From assembly GCF_000008385.1 (NCBI RefSeq), contig NC_006833.1, positions 630,001 to 662,000 on the forward strand: a stretch of 32,000 nucleotides of DNA, in the 5' to 3' direction. Of the stretch, positions 1 through 10,119 are shown piece after piece. Numbering within the stretch: position 1 is the first letter of the stretch; each line of letters starts with the position of its first letter. The notes under the pieces were generated by a model. That model did no database searches. It was given only the letters and a program-made list of their open reading frames with translations, and was not told the origin of the DNA. A program made the position numbers and the translations under genes. Source of the DNA: Wolbachia endosymbiont strain TRS of Brugia malayi (GTDB taxonomy: Bacteria; Pseudomonadota; Alphaproteobacteria; Rickettsiales; Anaplasmataceae).

Positions 1-833
1 GCTACAATTATAATCAAAGTAAGAATTAAAAACATCACATTTCTTTCAGTCTCCAAAGCATTAAAATAGTGGCTCTGTTGTAATTGCCAACTTCTAGCTT
101 CCATTCCCGTTTCTTTTTCTATAATATTTGCTAGCTCATTAGCCTTAGTAAGGTCACTCACAAATACTTCTATGTTTCTTGCACTATCTCTATAGTGAAA
201 AAAAGCTTGTGCTGATTTTATGGGCATGTATATCAAGGTATTATCATACTCAAACATGCCCATATCAAATATCGCTATGACCTCATATTCTTTCATTCTC
301 GGCACCTCACTAAGCAATGAATCAAACCCCTCAGATGATATAAGCACAATTTTATCTCCATAACCAACGTCCAATACTTCCGCTAAGCGTGCCCCTATTA
401 CTACTCCTTTATCAAATTTTCTCACATCACCTACAATTACACTGTTTTTAATAGTAGTATTATTAAGCAAATCTTTAGCTGACACACCCCGCACTACAGC
501 ACCAACAATTCTGCTATTTGCTGTAATGATAACTTGATCATTGGTCATAAGGGTTGCTTTTAATACACCTGGAATCTTCTTAACAGATTCTAATACTGTA
601 CGGTAATCTGAATTTATGTTTCTATCAAAATAAACATTGATATGGCCATCAATGCCAAGTATTGAGTCAAGCAACCTTGCTCTAAATCCGTTCATTACAG
701 ACATCACCACTATTAACGTTGCAACTCCAAGAGCAATACCTATAATAGAGAACAAAGTCATTGCAGAGCAAAATTTGGCATTCTTTGCTCGCAAATAGCG
801 AACAGCCATAGTAATTTCAAAGACAATGGACAT
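1..833 (-). CDS. Lipoprotein-releasing system permease, LolC/LolE family (N-terminal ~277 codons; 3' end lies outside the window)
   Basis: Absent from the ORF track because it is open to the window edge. My reverse translation from the ATG at 831-833 reads MSIVFEITMAVRYLRAKNAKFCSAMTLFSIIGIALGVATLIVVMSVMNGFRARLLDSILGIDGHINVY...ERNVMFLILTLIIIVA. This shows TM1, the MNGF motif, a periplasmic domain and the start of the FtsX-type TM bundle typical of LolC/E. Confidence 0.85.
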   Translation of the reverse strand, partial: MSIVFEITMAVRYLRAKNAKFCSAMTLFSIIGIALGVATLIVVMSVMNGFRARLLDSILGIDGHINVYFDRNINSDYRTVLESVKKIPGVLKATLMTNDQVIITANSRIVGAVVRGVSAKDLLNNTTIKNSVIVGDVRKFDKGVVIGARLAEVLDVGYGDKIVLISSEGFDSLLSEVPRMKEYEVIAIFDMGMFEYDNTLIYMPIKSAQAFFHYRDSARNIEVFVSDLTKANELANIIEKETGMEARSWQLQQSHYFNALETERNVMFLILTLIIIV

Positions 834-949
834 TACTTGAGATTAAATATTATATTTTTAAGATTCATATAATCGTAGACTTCCCCTTACTTAAAAACTA
901 GGTCGCCTTTAATCTAGCAGGCTTATAGGGTATATCCAATACTTTAATA

Positions 950-2261
950 TTATAATCTTCCATATACATCATCTAATCTAACTATATTATTATTAGACAA
1001 AAGCTCACCTACTTGAAATTCAACTATTTCAAGTGAAGCGCTTGTGCTTCTATTTTCAATCCTATGGAAAAATTTCCTTAGAATTTCTATCACATAATCT
1101 TCTATTATAGCATGTGTTTTATTGTATAAACTAACATATCCAATTACTGACAGTACTATATGGTACTCATCCCTACAGTGATGGAACTGCCTAGAAATGT
1201 AACTTAATGGATTTATAAAAAGGCATTTTACAAGAAAATTCTCGCACATTAAAATTACACTATAAAATCCCCATGGTTTAACTTCTTTTCTTATCGCTTT
1301 TCCTTCCTTAACTCTATAATAAACGATATTAGGCTCTCATCTGAAACATTTCGCTGTTTATAAAAGCCTTACCTAGCAAATTTTCTGCATCACTTTCTGT
1401 TGTCAAAATCGGTTCTTTTTCTCTAGTTACGTATTGGGATGATACTCTGGTTCTTTATCAAACTTCTTACTTAATCCTAAAACAGAACTCCAAGTTCCAA
1501 CATCTATCTAATCAAAATTAGCTTCTATTATTGCAATATTTCTTGCTCTTTTCATCACCAAATAATCAATAGAAATGCCTTCAATTTCTACACAATCTCG
1601 TTGTTTTAAATACAGCAATCTCTCTTGTAGAGAGAAATGCTTTATACTTGCACAATACAATTATAAAAATGCAGAACATATTTTTTAGTCTCACCTATAT
1701 AGCGTTTCGCTTTAAATACAAATATGCCAGAGTTCCAGTAATGATAATTACTTAGTTTATGCTCAGGCTTTTTTATGAAATCTTTTACTACATAATATTT
1801 CTCTTTCTGATCATACACTACATCGATATAGCCGTATTCAGGATTAAACTCATGAAGTTTCACCCTAGATGTAACCATAGAGTCAGTTCAGAGGCTAGCT
1901 GAGATGCTTTCTCAACAGAAGCATAAAAATTATTTAAATCGTCTATAAAATAGATTGAAGGTAGAATTAACATTGTCTCGTTTTTATCGTAAAGAAATGC
2001 TAAAATCAGTAGCACCACTGCAGTTCCAATTTTTACTAGCCCGAAAATCACTTTATATTCCTGCAGCACATTTAACTCTTCCATTACCAACGATTCACAC
2101 TGCATACTTGTGGCAATTATGGGTAGCATATAATCACTTTTTAATTTCAACAAAGTGCTCTGAAACATAGTGCTACAGCTAAACATTTTATGAAACTGCC
2201 TTGGGTTAGATAAAGGCCAAAGTCTACTACCACTACCACCACATAGTATTACAGGGCGCAT
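950..2261 (-). pseudogene. manC: Mannose-1-phosphate guanylyltransferase / mannose-6-phosphate isomerase (ManC/CpsB family), full length but broken by several frameshifts and stops
   Basis: Three track ORFs plus unlisted fragments are collinear with ManC. ORF 1860-2261 gives MRPVILCGGSGSRLWPLS..PRQF (nucleotidyltransferase G-loop). ORF 1642-1878 gives PEYGYI...YHYWNSGIFVFKAKRY. The 1250-1640 stretch, in shifting frames, gives SIDYLVMKRARNIAIIEANFD.IDVGTWSS. ORF 950-1249 gives the cupin C-terminus HHCRDEYHIV...HRIENRS..SLEIVEFQVGELLSNNNIVRLDDVYGR. Confidence 0.85.
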
Positions 2262-2375
2262 TTAGTAAAAAATAGCTAAATAATTAATAACTTATATTAA
2301 AGGTAAAATGTGTGCAAGCTTTTGTTGTAGAACAGTTAAGGTAGAAAGTAAATATTAACTTAAAGTAATAGCAAA

Positions 2376-3641
2376 TCAATTATGGATTTGTGAAACACAT
2401 TTATCTTGGTCTCGCTCTTCGTTCAATTTACTAACATAATCAATTTTTCTTTGTATTAGGGTTCTTGGCTGCGTTGTGTCTTGCTCTAAGTCTTTTTCTT
2501 GTTTCCCAGAATCAGTCATATTTTCATCACCTTTGCTCAATCTGCCTTCCAACTCTTCCTCAATAATCGACCTCTTAGCATCAAGTTCTTTCCATGTACC
2601 TGCAACCTCACGTTTAGGGTAATCTTTTTTCTTTAGCTCTGATCTTTTCCCATCTTTAATGACCGAATAATCATTCTTTGCTTCCTGCCAACATTCTTTC
2701 AATTGGTATTTCCACATAGTCCAGTAAGCATCACCATACTCTTCTTTATTTGCTACAAATGCACAGATCGGCAACTTTAGCAAGGTAGCCAACATATTTA
2801 CTGAATTCTTTACTGCCACTGCAGGAGTAAATAAAAAAAAATAACCAAAAAATTTTGCGATTAGACTTTGTTTACCTATTAAATACTCTCCCAACTCCAT
2901 AGGAATATAGGTCAGTAATTTAGCACAAATCTTAGCTAAGCCCGCAGCAAAAACAATAGGAACAGATATAATGCTCTTGCCTAGTTCTAGGTTATTACTT
3001 TGATCTCTAATTTCAAAAAAACTAGTGCTTAGTTTCTTATAATCACTAGTATATAATAATTCTCCATTTCTTTCTTTTTCATCAACAATTTCTTTGACTT
3101 CATTGCTTTTCTTATTTTTAGTTTTCTTAGTAGGCACAGAAGAATTGGTGAATTCAAATGAACATGTAGACTTCTTAGTTTTTTGAGCTTCAAAAACTGG
3201 CAAATATTTTTCAAGATCTATTTTTAAAAACCCAAATGGCTTATAAAAGCTATGATAATCATTATTATCACACTTACCCTTACTGACCTTGCCCTTATCA
3301 ACTAAAAATTTAATGGTAAAATAAGACTTGTCACCAATTTCCATAATTTTAGTTAATTCAAAAATTGGCCACCCATCTTTATTTTTATTTCCATATAAAA
3401 GCCTATAGGTTGGATTTCTATCCTTATCTAGCACAGAATTTCCATGCATATCCTTATTTTCTATAACTTTACCAGATTCTACAACCTGATCATAATTTTT
3501 TGGATATCGGCATTTTCGCCCATCCTTATATATCATTACTTTTCTAAGGTCTTTGACATAAACTTGAGATTCGGATGGAGTAAACAGATCCTTTGTTTTC
3601 AGTACAAAATCCGTTCCTACTCTCTTTAACGCCTCTAACAT
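2376..3641 (-). CDS. Hypothetical protein (421 aa): basic N-terminal domain, Lys-rich linker, two adjacent hydrophobic segments, acidic coiled-coil-like C-terminus
   Basis: Long intact ORF with no family I can recognise. Hydrophobic stretches are aa ~223-246 (SIISVPIVFAAGLAKICAKLLTYI) and ~259-296 (SLIAKFFGYFFLFTPAVAV...LATLLKLPICAFV). The C-terminal 120 aa are rich in E, K and D. Confidence 0.6.
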   Translation of the reverse strand: MLEALKRVGTDFVLKTKDLFTPSESQVYVKDLRKVMIYKDGRKCRYPKNYDQVVESGKVIENKDMHGNSVLDKDRNPTYRLLYGNKNKDGWPIFELTKIMEIGDKSYFTIKFLVDKGKVSKGKCDNNDYHSFYKPFGFLKIDLEKYLPVFEAQKTKKSTCSFEFTNSSVPTKKTKNKKSNEVKEIVDEKERNGELLYTSDYKKLSTSFFEIRDQSNNLELGKSIISVPIVFAAGLAKICAKLLTYIPMELGEYLIGKQSLIAKFFGYFFLFTPAVAVKNSVNMLATLLKLPICAFVANKEEYGDAYWTMWKYQLKECWQEAKNDYSVIKDGKRSELKKKDYPKREVAGTWKELDAKRSIIEEELEGRLSKGDENMTDSGKQEKDLEQDTTQPRTLIQRKIDYVSKLNEERDQDKCVSQIHN

Positions 3642-3726
3642 ACTGTTAAACCAAGATCACTATAAGCACTATAGTTCAATAATAAAACTAGCACATTAAT
3701 AATACATTAACATAGAACTAGCAATT

Positions 3727-4092
3727 TTATAAGAAAACATGCTTATAAAAGAAAAAAATTGTAAAGGCAAGAACTATATAAGTGATGCTTGACAAATACT
3801 TTATACATGTAATTGTAAAAATCCTTAGAGGTATACTGTGTATATAATCTTCACACACTACCTGCATTCCAAGAACTGCGTGCCAAAAAATACAAAACAG
3901 CAATACAACAAAAAATAGAAGATCTAGGGGGTGATTAATAGCCTGAAATAATTTTTCATTAAAAGATAAAGAATTATTAGCATAAAATGCGTAAGAAAAT
4001 GAATAGATAAACCAAGGAAGTAAAAATAGTAAAATTACCGCAGAAATACGATGAACCCACCAATAATGTACTGCATTTCCAGATTGATTCAT
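3727..4092 (-). CDS. sdhD: Succinate dehydrogenase hydrophobic membrane anchor subunit
   Basis: 121 aa with three predicted TM helices. The N-terminus HYWWVHRISAVILLFLLPWF matches the SdhD pattern, and the gene overlaps sdhC by 4 nt (ATGA). Confidence 0.85.
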   Translation of the reverse strand: MNQSGNAVHYWWVHRISAVILLFLLPWFIYSFSYAFYANNSLSFNEKLFQAINHPLDLLFFVVLLFCIFWHAVLGMQVVCEDYIHSIPLRIFTITCIKYLSSITYIVLAFTIFFFYKHVFL

Positions 4093-4466
4093 ATAAACAC
4101 AAATAAAAAAGCCATAGTAGAAAGAATTAGCATTACTGTCAGTAGCATAGCACTTTTTAAAACATCAGTAATCTCTAAGTTAAATCCAGCATCCCATAAT
4201 AAATGACGAATACCATTAAGAAAATGGTATGAAAAACTTATAAAGCATAGAATGCAAACTAATTTAGCAATAAAAGTAGACAATAATACGTTTAAGCATT
4301 TTACTATAAATAGTTCAGGAAAATAAACATGTAATGTAAAATACCAAGAAAGCATCACCAACAAAAGGAATAGTAAGATACCAGTTAATCTGTGCATAAT
4401 AGAGAAGAAATTAGTAACTTGTACTTTATATATCTGTAAATGCGGAGAAAGGGGCCTATCAATCAT
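4089..4466 (-). CDS. sdhC: Succinate dehydrogenase cytochrome b556 subunit
   Basis: The N-terminus RPLSPHLQIYKVQVTNFFSIMHRLTG is the SdhC signature (heme-ligand His in HRxTG). The protein has three TM helices. Confidence 0.9.
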   Translation of the reverse strand: MIDRPLSPHLQIYKVQVTNFFSIMHRLTGILLFLLLVMLSWYFTLHVYFPELFIVKCLNVLLSTFIAKLVCILCFISFSYHFLNGIRHLLWDAGFNLEITDVLKSAMLLTVMLILSTMAFLFVFI

Positions 4467-4505
4467 AAAACTTCATTATCGGGAAATTAAAAAACAAAGT
4501 AAAAG

Positions 4506-4521
4506 TAAAGACAGCAGTATA
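4506..4521 (-). other. 3' half of the 16S precursor processing stem (pairs with 6135-6150)
   Basis: Plus-strand taaagacagcagtata at 4506-4521 is the exact reverse complement of tatactgctgtcttta at 6135-6150. The two 16-nt halves bracket the mature 16S, as in RNase III processing stems. Confidence 0.7.
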
Positions 4522-4569
4522 GTACATAATAGCGCCACTATTAAAAGTGGTGAATCATGCACAAAGCCC

Positions 4570-6072
<1,503 letters not shown>

Positions 6073-6134
6073 AGACTTTAACCTATAAAAGGTTAAGGGT
6101 ATATCGGATAAATCCGATAAAAAATAATTTAGCT

Positions 6135-6150
6135 TATACTGCTGTCTTTA
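6135..6150 (-). other. 5' half of the 16S precursor processing stem (pairs with 4506-4521)
   Basis: See feature 4506-4521. This is a perfect 16-nt complement located ~63 nt upstream of the mature 16S 5' end. Confidence 0.7.
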
Positions 6151-6202
6151 TTTCTACTTTAGAAATATTTTAACTTCCAACTATTCAAACAACTTTGAAA
6201 AC

Positions 6203-6231
6203 ATTATCATGTGATACAATAACTATGTCAA
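6203..6231 (-). promoter_or_regulatory. Sigma-70-type promoter for the 16S rRNA gene
   Basis: The minus strand reads TTGACA-tagttattgtatcacat-GATAAT, a perfect -35, a 17-nt spacer and a 5/6 -10. It lies ~125-160 nt upstream of the mature 16S 5' end and upstream of the leader half of the processing stem. Confidence 0.6.
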
Positions 6232-6291
6232 TATGTTTTTGCAAATTAAAAAGTATTAAGATACAAATACATATCTATTGAGGATACTACT

Positions 6292-6837
6292 ATGAAAAAA
6301 TACATCTTTTTACTTGCATTGGTGTTAATATTAGTAGGCATTACATTACACTTATTGCACAATATTGATAACACAAAACAATCTATAACCGCAGGTAATC
6401 AGTTTTATGAAATACTATTCTCCAAAAAAGATAATAAGCTACTAGAAGAAACAGATTCAAATTGGAAGCATTTAGCAAACTTTGAAGGTGCATTTAATCA
6501 TATATCAAATTTAACATTAACAGATGCAGTATCTATTTATAGTAGTATGGCAGATAATAAAGATGTTCCTAATATTTTACGCGAGTTAGCACAATATTTA
6601 GAAATAATGAATTTACTTCACCTAAATGGTGAAAAAATAAATGAAAATAAAATTAACAATCTAGAATCAAGCATAGTATACCCCTATTCAAGCCAAGAAG
6701 CCATCGCTATAGTAAAGATACATAATAATGATATTAAAGGTGCGATCAAAATATTGCATTTACTATTAAACGATAGAAAATGTCCTACTCTAATAAAGGA
6801 TAGAGCACAAGAATTACTCCGGATATATGGGAATTAA
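6292..6837 (+). CDS. Membrane-anchored hypothetical protein (181 aa), possibly a YfgM/TPR-like periplasmic helical protein
   Basis: It has one N-terminal TM helix (KKYIFLLALVLILVGITLHLL) followed by a helical soluble domain. The gagga RBS lies 8 nt upstream. The family assignment is only an impression from the architecture and the C-terminal ...DRAQELLRIYG. Confidence 0.5.
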   Translation: MKKYIFLLALVLILVGITLHLLHNIDNTKQSITAGNQFYEILFSKKDNKLLEETDSNWKHLANFEGAFNHISNLTLTDAVSIYSSMADNKDVPNILRELAQYLEIMNLLHLNGEKINENKINNLESSIVYPYSSQEAIAIVKIHNNDIKGAIKILHLLLNDRKCPTLIKDRAQELLRIYGN

Positions 6838-6858
6838 AATTCATTAGATTTTTTGTAT

Positions 6859-6873
6859 AACCGTACGGTTTTT
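6859..6873 (+). terminator. Weak candidate intrinsic terminator after the 181-aa gene
   Basis: Perfect 12-nt palindrome aaccgtacggtt running into a T5 tract, 22 nt after the stop codon. The stem is very short, so support is weak. Confidence 0.2.
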
Positions 6874-6905
6874 AGTAGCACACCTGGGCATTCAGTCATC
6901 ACTTA

Positions 6906-7250
6906 GGTAGCTGATAGAAACGAAAAAAATTACTTGGCAAGCTTCGTCAGCTTCCTTACTATAGAATTAAAGCTATTTACCTTCACAATTTGTGCAGGTT
7001 AATGACAAAAAATCTAGGATATTTTGCATCTTATGTTTAATTTTTTGCACTATGTGCACGTACGTCTTTATAAAACTTCTAAGTTTTTACCTAATATGAG
7101 CCAAAATGTGCTTATAAAGAGTTCAAAACAGCAAAGAACTTTAAATCGACAAAGGAGAATTTGAATACTAGCTATCTTAGGTTTTTCTTGCCTTTTTCCT
7201 ATTTAGTAAATTTCTTAAATATTTTAGCTAAAGCAACTTAAGAGCAGCAA
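6906..7250 (+). repeat. Dispersed intergenic repeat, copy 1 (about 345 bp; called Rep-A here)
   Basis: By eye it aligns along its whole length with the reverse complement of 19355-19712 and with 27735-28190. Shared blocks include cagcttccttaYtatag, tcttRtgtttaattttt, cactatgtgcRc...gtctttataa, gcttataaag and ttttcYtgccttttYcctatttRgtaaatttctWaaatattt. Confidence 0.8.
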
Positions 7251-7370
7251 GCGCTACAAAAAAACACCAATATTTAAAACAGTAACTATTTGCCTTTTCT
7301 CTGGGATATGCAAGAAGCCTATTCAAATTAAGGCTTAAAAAAAATTTAAGCACTGGCTAGCAACACAAAT

Positions 7371-7871
7371 TTAGAGTACAAAATTTTTATTCCTTCTCAA
7401 TAAAACATAAAAAGCCCCTTTACCACCATGTTTTTTTGTAGCTTGTTGATAGTATAGAATCATATGCCGAATTTTAGTATCATTCAACCACTTACTTAAA
7501 TTATTCTTTATAGTATCCGCTTTACCTGTTCCATTACCTTGTCCTGTAATTATCAATAAACCTCTACTCTCTGTTTGATAATTTTTAATAATAAAATCTA
7601 TCAATTTACAGTAAGCATCTTCTATATTATAACCATGAAGGTCTAGTCTATCGCTTATAAAATATTTACCCTTATTAACTTTTGATTTTGTGTTATAGTC
7701 AAGGCAAAATGATAAGCTAATATTGTTGGTACTGAGAAATTTTTCTTGTAAGTCAGAAGTACCTTTATTGACTATAGATTTTGTGCCCACTTTATGGTCA
7801 ATTTTCAAAGTAACCTTCCCACATTCTATTGGCTTAACGTTTTTTTTCCAATCTAACTCATCGTCTGACAT
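7371..7871 (-). CDS. Smr (MutS2 C-terminal-like) domain protein
   Basis: The C-terminal half, LDLHGYNIEDAYCKLIDFI...LLIITGQGNGTGK...LSKWL...GGKGAFYVLLRR, matches Smr domain motifs (LDLHG and the TGxG loop). Confidence 0.8.
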   Translation of the reverse strand: MSDDELDWKKNVKPIECGKVTLKIDHKVGTKSIVNKGTSDLQEKFLSTNNISLSFCLDYNTKSKVNKGKYFISDRLDLHGYNIEDAYCKLIDFIIKNYQTESRGLLIITGQGNGTGKADTIKNNLSKWLNDTKIRHMILYYQQATKKHGGKGAFYVLLRRNKNFVL

Positions 7872-7963
7872 AAACGCATTAATTAAATTGTATAATTTTA
7901 CAACAATATCTAAGCATAGTAAAATGCTGCTTGTTTTATGGAAACTCGACCTTTAATAATACG

Positions 7964-8740
7964 ATGAAATCATTAAAACTTAATAAGAATTTTTGGTTGT
8001 ATGGAAAACATACCTGCATGTTAGCACTGAAGAACAAAAATAGGCTATGTATAGAACTGTTGGTAACAGAAAATTCTTATAGAGAATATGAAAAAGAAAT
8101 TAGACAATGTGTAGATAGTAAGGGTATCAAAGTTCAGCTAGTAAAGAACAAAATACTTAGTGAAGTTCTATCTAAAAGCGCTAATCACCAGGGAATTGCT
8201 TTAAAAGTTGCTCCTATTCTTCATAGCTTAAGTATCAAGGAAATAGCTGAAAGCTCGAGCGACAGCTCTACCATAGTCATTTTAGATCAAGTTACTGATA
8301 CGCACAACATTGGGTCAATTTTAAGAACATCAGCTTGTTTTAATGTCGACGCATTGGTTTTACCATATAACCATTCACCAAGCGAAAATGCATCTATTGC
8401 AAAAGCGGCAAGTGGGACATTAGACATTGTCCCGCTAATACATGTCACAAATGTAGTAAAAACTATGGAATATTTAAAAAAAGTCGGTTACTGGTGTTAT
8501 GGGTTTGATAGCAATGCTAAAGAGAACATAGATGAAATAAAGAGCTTTGGGAAAAAAATAGTAATCATTTTTGGTTCTGAAGGGAAAGGAATGCGGAGGT
8601 TAGTTAAAGAAAATTGTGATTATCTTTTAAAAATCCCAATGTCAAATGTAATTGATAGTTTAAACGTTTCAAATGCAGCAGCAATAGGATTATACTCTGT
8701 CTATACTAAAACATTGCATATTAATTATAATAAAAAGTGA
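7964..8740 (+). CDS. rlmB: SpoU/TrmH-family rRNA 2'-O-methyltransferase (RlmB-like)
   Basis: FWLYGKHTCMLALKN.. is the substrate-binding N-domain. IVILDQVTDTHNIGSILRTSACFNVDALV, IIFGSEGKGMRRLV and IPMSNVIDSLNVSNAAAI are the SpoU motifs 1-3. I prefer the ATG at 7964 to the TTG at 7931 used by the track. Confidence 0.85.
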   Translation: MKSLKLNKNFWLYGKHTCMLALKNKNRLCIELLVTENSYREYEKEIRQCVDSKGIKVQLVKNKILSEVLSKSANHQGIALKVAPILHSLSIKEIAESSSDSSTIVILDQVTDTHNIGSILRTSACFNVDALVLPYNHSPSENASIAKAASGTLDIVPLIHVTNVVKTMEYLKKVGYWCYGFDSNAKENIDEIKSFGKKIVIIFGSEGKGMRRLVKENCDYLLKIPMSNVIDSLNVSNAAAIGLYSVYTKTLHINYNKK

Positions 8741-8807
8741 TTTTATGCTTGATAAAAGTGCAGTTTTGTATTACAATATATTATTATAAGGATGAAAGGA
8801 GTATATT

Positions 8808-9530
8808 ATGTCTTATATGAAAAATGAGCAAGATATCCGCTCTCAAGGCGTTTACTATAGCGCTGGGCTTAGAAGTTATCTAACTAAAGTATATAATTAT
8901 ATGGCTTTAGCTTTAGGTATAACAGGGCTTATTGCATTTCTAACGGTGTTTTTTGATCTCTTTCAGGTAATTTATTCTAACCCCGTTCTTTCGATTGTGG
9001 TAATCCTATCTCCAATTGTACTAGTATTTTACATGTCTCATAGACTTCAATACCTAAGTGCTCAGTCCACAGTCACTGTATTTTTCCTGTTTTCAGTCCT
9101 AATGGGGCTCTCCCTATCTTATATCTTTATAGTTTATACTACAGAAAATATAGCAAGAGCATTCTTCATCACATCAATTATGTTTGGTTCTATGGCTTTA
9201 TACGGCAATAGTACAAAAAAAGATTTAACTAGTATGGGTTCCTTTTTGATTATGGGAATCTGGGGGTTAATTATTGCATCCATAGTTAATTTATTTCTTG
9301 GAAGTAGTCCTCTCTACTTTGCAATATCGTTCATATCAGTAATAGTCTTTACCTTAATGACTGCATACGATGCTCAGAGAATTAAAGATGTTTATTATAG
9401 ATATAATGATGGTTCAGAAGCTGTAACCACTAAGCTAGCTATATTTGGTGCAACTAATCTTTATTTTGATTTTATCAACGTATTCCTCAATTTACTCAGG
9501 TTACTTAACTTGTTCAACAATAGGGATTAG
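8808..9530 (+). CDS. Bax inhibitor-1 / YccA family inner membrane protein
   Basis: 240 aa with about seven TM helices. The N-terminal GLRSYLTKVYNYMALALGITGL and C-terminal LAIFGATNLYFDFINVFLNLLRLL match the BI-1 family. The aaaggag RBS is upstream. Confidence 0.85.
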   Translation: MSYMKNEQDIRSQGVYYSAGLRSYLTKVYNYMALALGITGLIAFLTVFFDLFQVIYSNPVLSIVVILSPIVLVFYMSHRLQYLSAQSTVTVFFLFSVLMGLSLSYIFIVYTTENIARAFFITSIMFGSMALYGNSTKKDLTSMGSFLIMGIWGLIIASIVNLFLGSSPLYFAISFISVIVFTLMTAYDAQRIKDVYYRYNDGSEAVTTKLAIFGATNLYFDFINVFLNLLRLLNLFNNRD

Positions 9531-10070
9531 ATGGTCCCCTCTGTAAGGAGAAGCAGTAAGAGTTCTATAGTTTTCTTTCTAATATCTTTAGTGATATTGA
9601 TGCTGTGTTTTGCATACGCATCGGTACCACTATATAGCATCTTCTGTAAAGCTACTGGGTACGGCGGTACAACAAGAAAAGTAACCAGTGCGACAACTAA
9701 CATAGCTAACCAAAAAATTAGAGTTCATTTCAATGCTGATGTAATGCTAGATTTACCATGGAAATTCAATTCAGAAACTAATTATATCGATACAAACATA
9801 GGGGAACAAAGTTTAACTTTTTATTACGTAGAAAATCTATCTGATCAGCCCTTGCTTGGAATGGCAGTGTATAACGTTACACCTTTCAAAGCAGGTAAGT
9901 ATTTCAATAAAGTTGCATGCTTTTGTTTTGAAGAGCAAATATTGCTACCCAAACAAAAAGTAGCTATGCCTGTATCCTTCTACATAGATCCTAACATAAT
10001 GCTTGATGATAGCACAAAAGATTTAAGTGAAATAACACTATCATATACATTTTTTAAGCTTAAACAGTAG
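9531..10070 (+). CDS. ctaG: Cytochrome c oxidase assembly protein CtaG/Cox11
   Basis: The motifs ASVPLYSIFCKATGYGGTT and FNKVACFCFEEQ are diagnostic of Cox11. The ATG directly follows the upstream stop codon. Confidence 0.9.
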   Translation: MVPSVRRSSKSSIVFFLISLVILMLCFAYASVPLYSIFCKATGYGGTTRKVTSATTNIANQKIRVHFNADVMLDLPWKFNSETNYIDTNIGEQSLTFYYVENLSDQPLLGMAVYNVTPFKAGKYFNKVACFCFEEQILLPKQKVAMPVSFYIDPNIMLDDSTKDLSEITLSYTFFKLKQ

Positions 10071-10119
10071 GGAAAGTGAGTTTCTTACTTAAAAAACCAC
10101 AAATCTCTTATTTCAAAAT

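Noticed and set aside
1955-2170. 71-aa plus-strand ORF
   Set aside because: It is antisense to the N-terminal fragment of the manC pseudogene and has no family resemblance.
3029-3629. ORFs 3029-3214(-) and 3444-3629(+) within the 421-aa gene
   Set aside because: They are an alternative frame and an antisense frame of a longer intact ORF, with basic or low-complexity products.
7723-7956. 77-aa plus-strand ORF overlapping the smr 5' end, and the TTG start at 7931 for rlmB
   Set aside because: The ORF is antisense to smr. The 11 extra N-terminal residues from the TTG at 7931 have no RlmB counterpart, so the ATG at 7964 is preferred.
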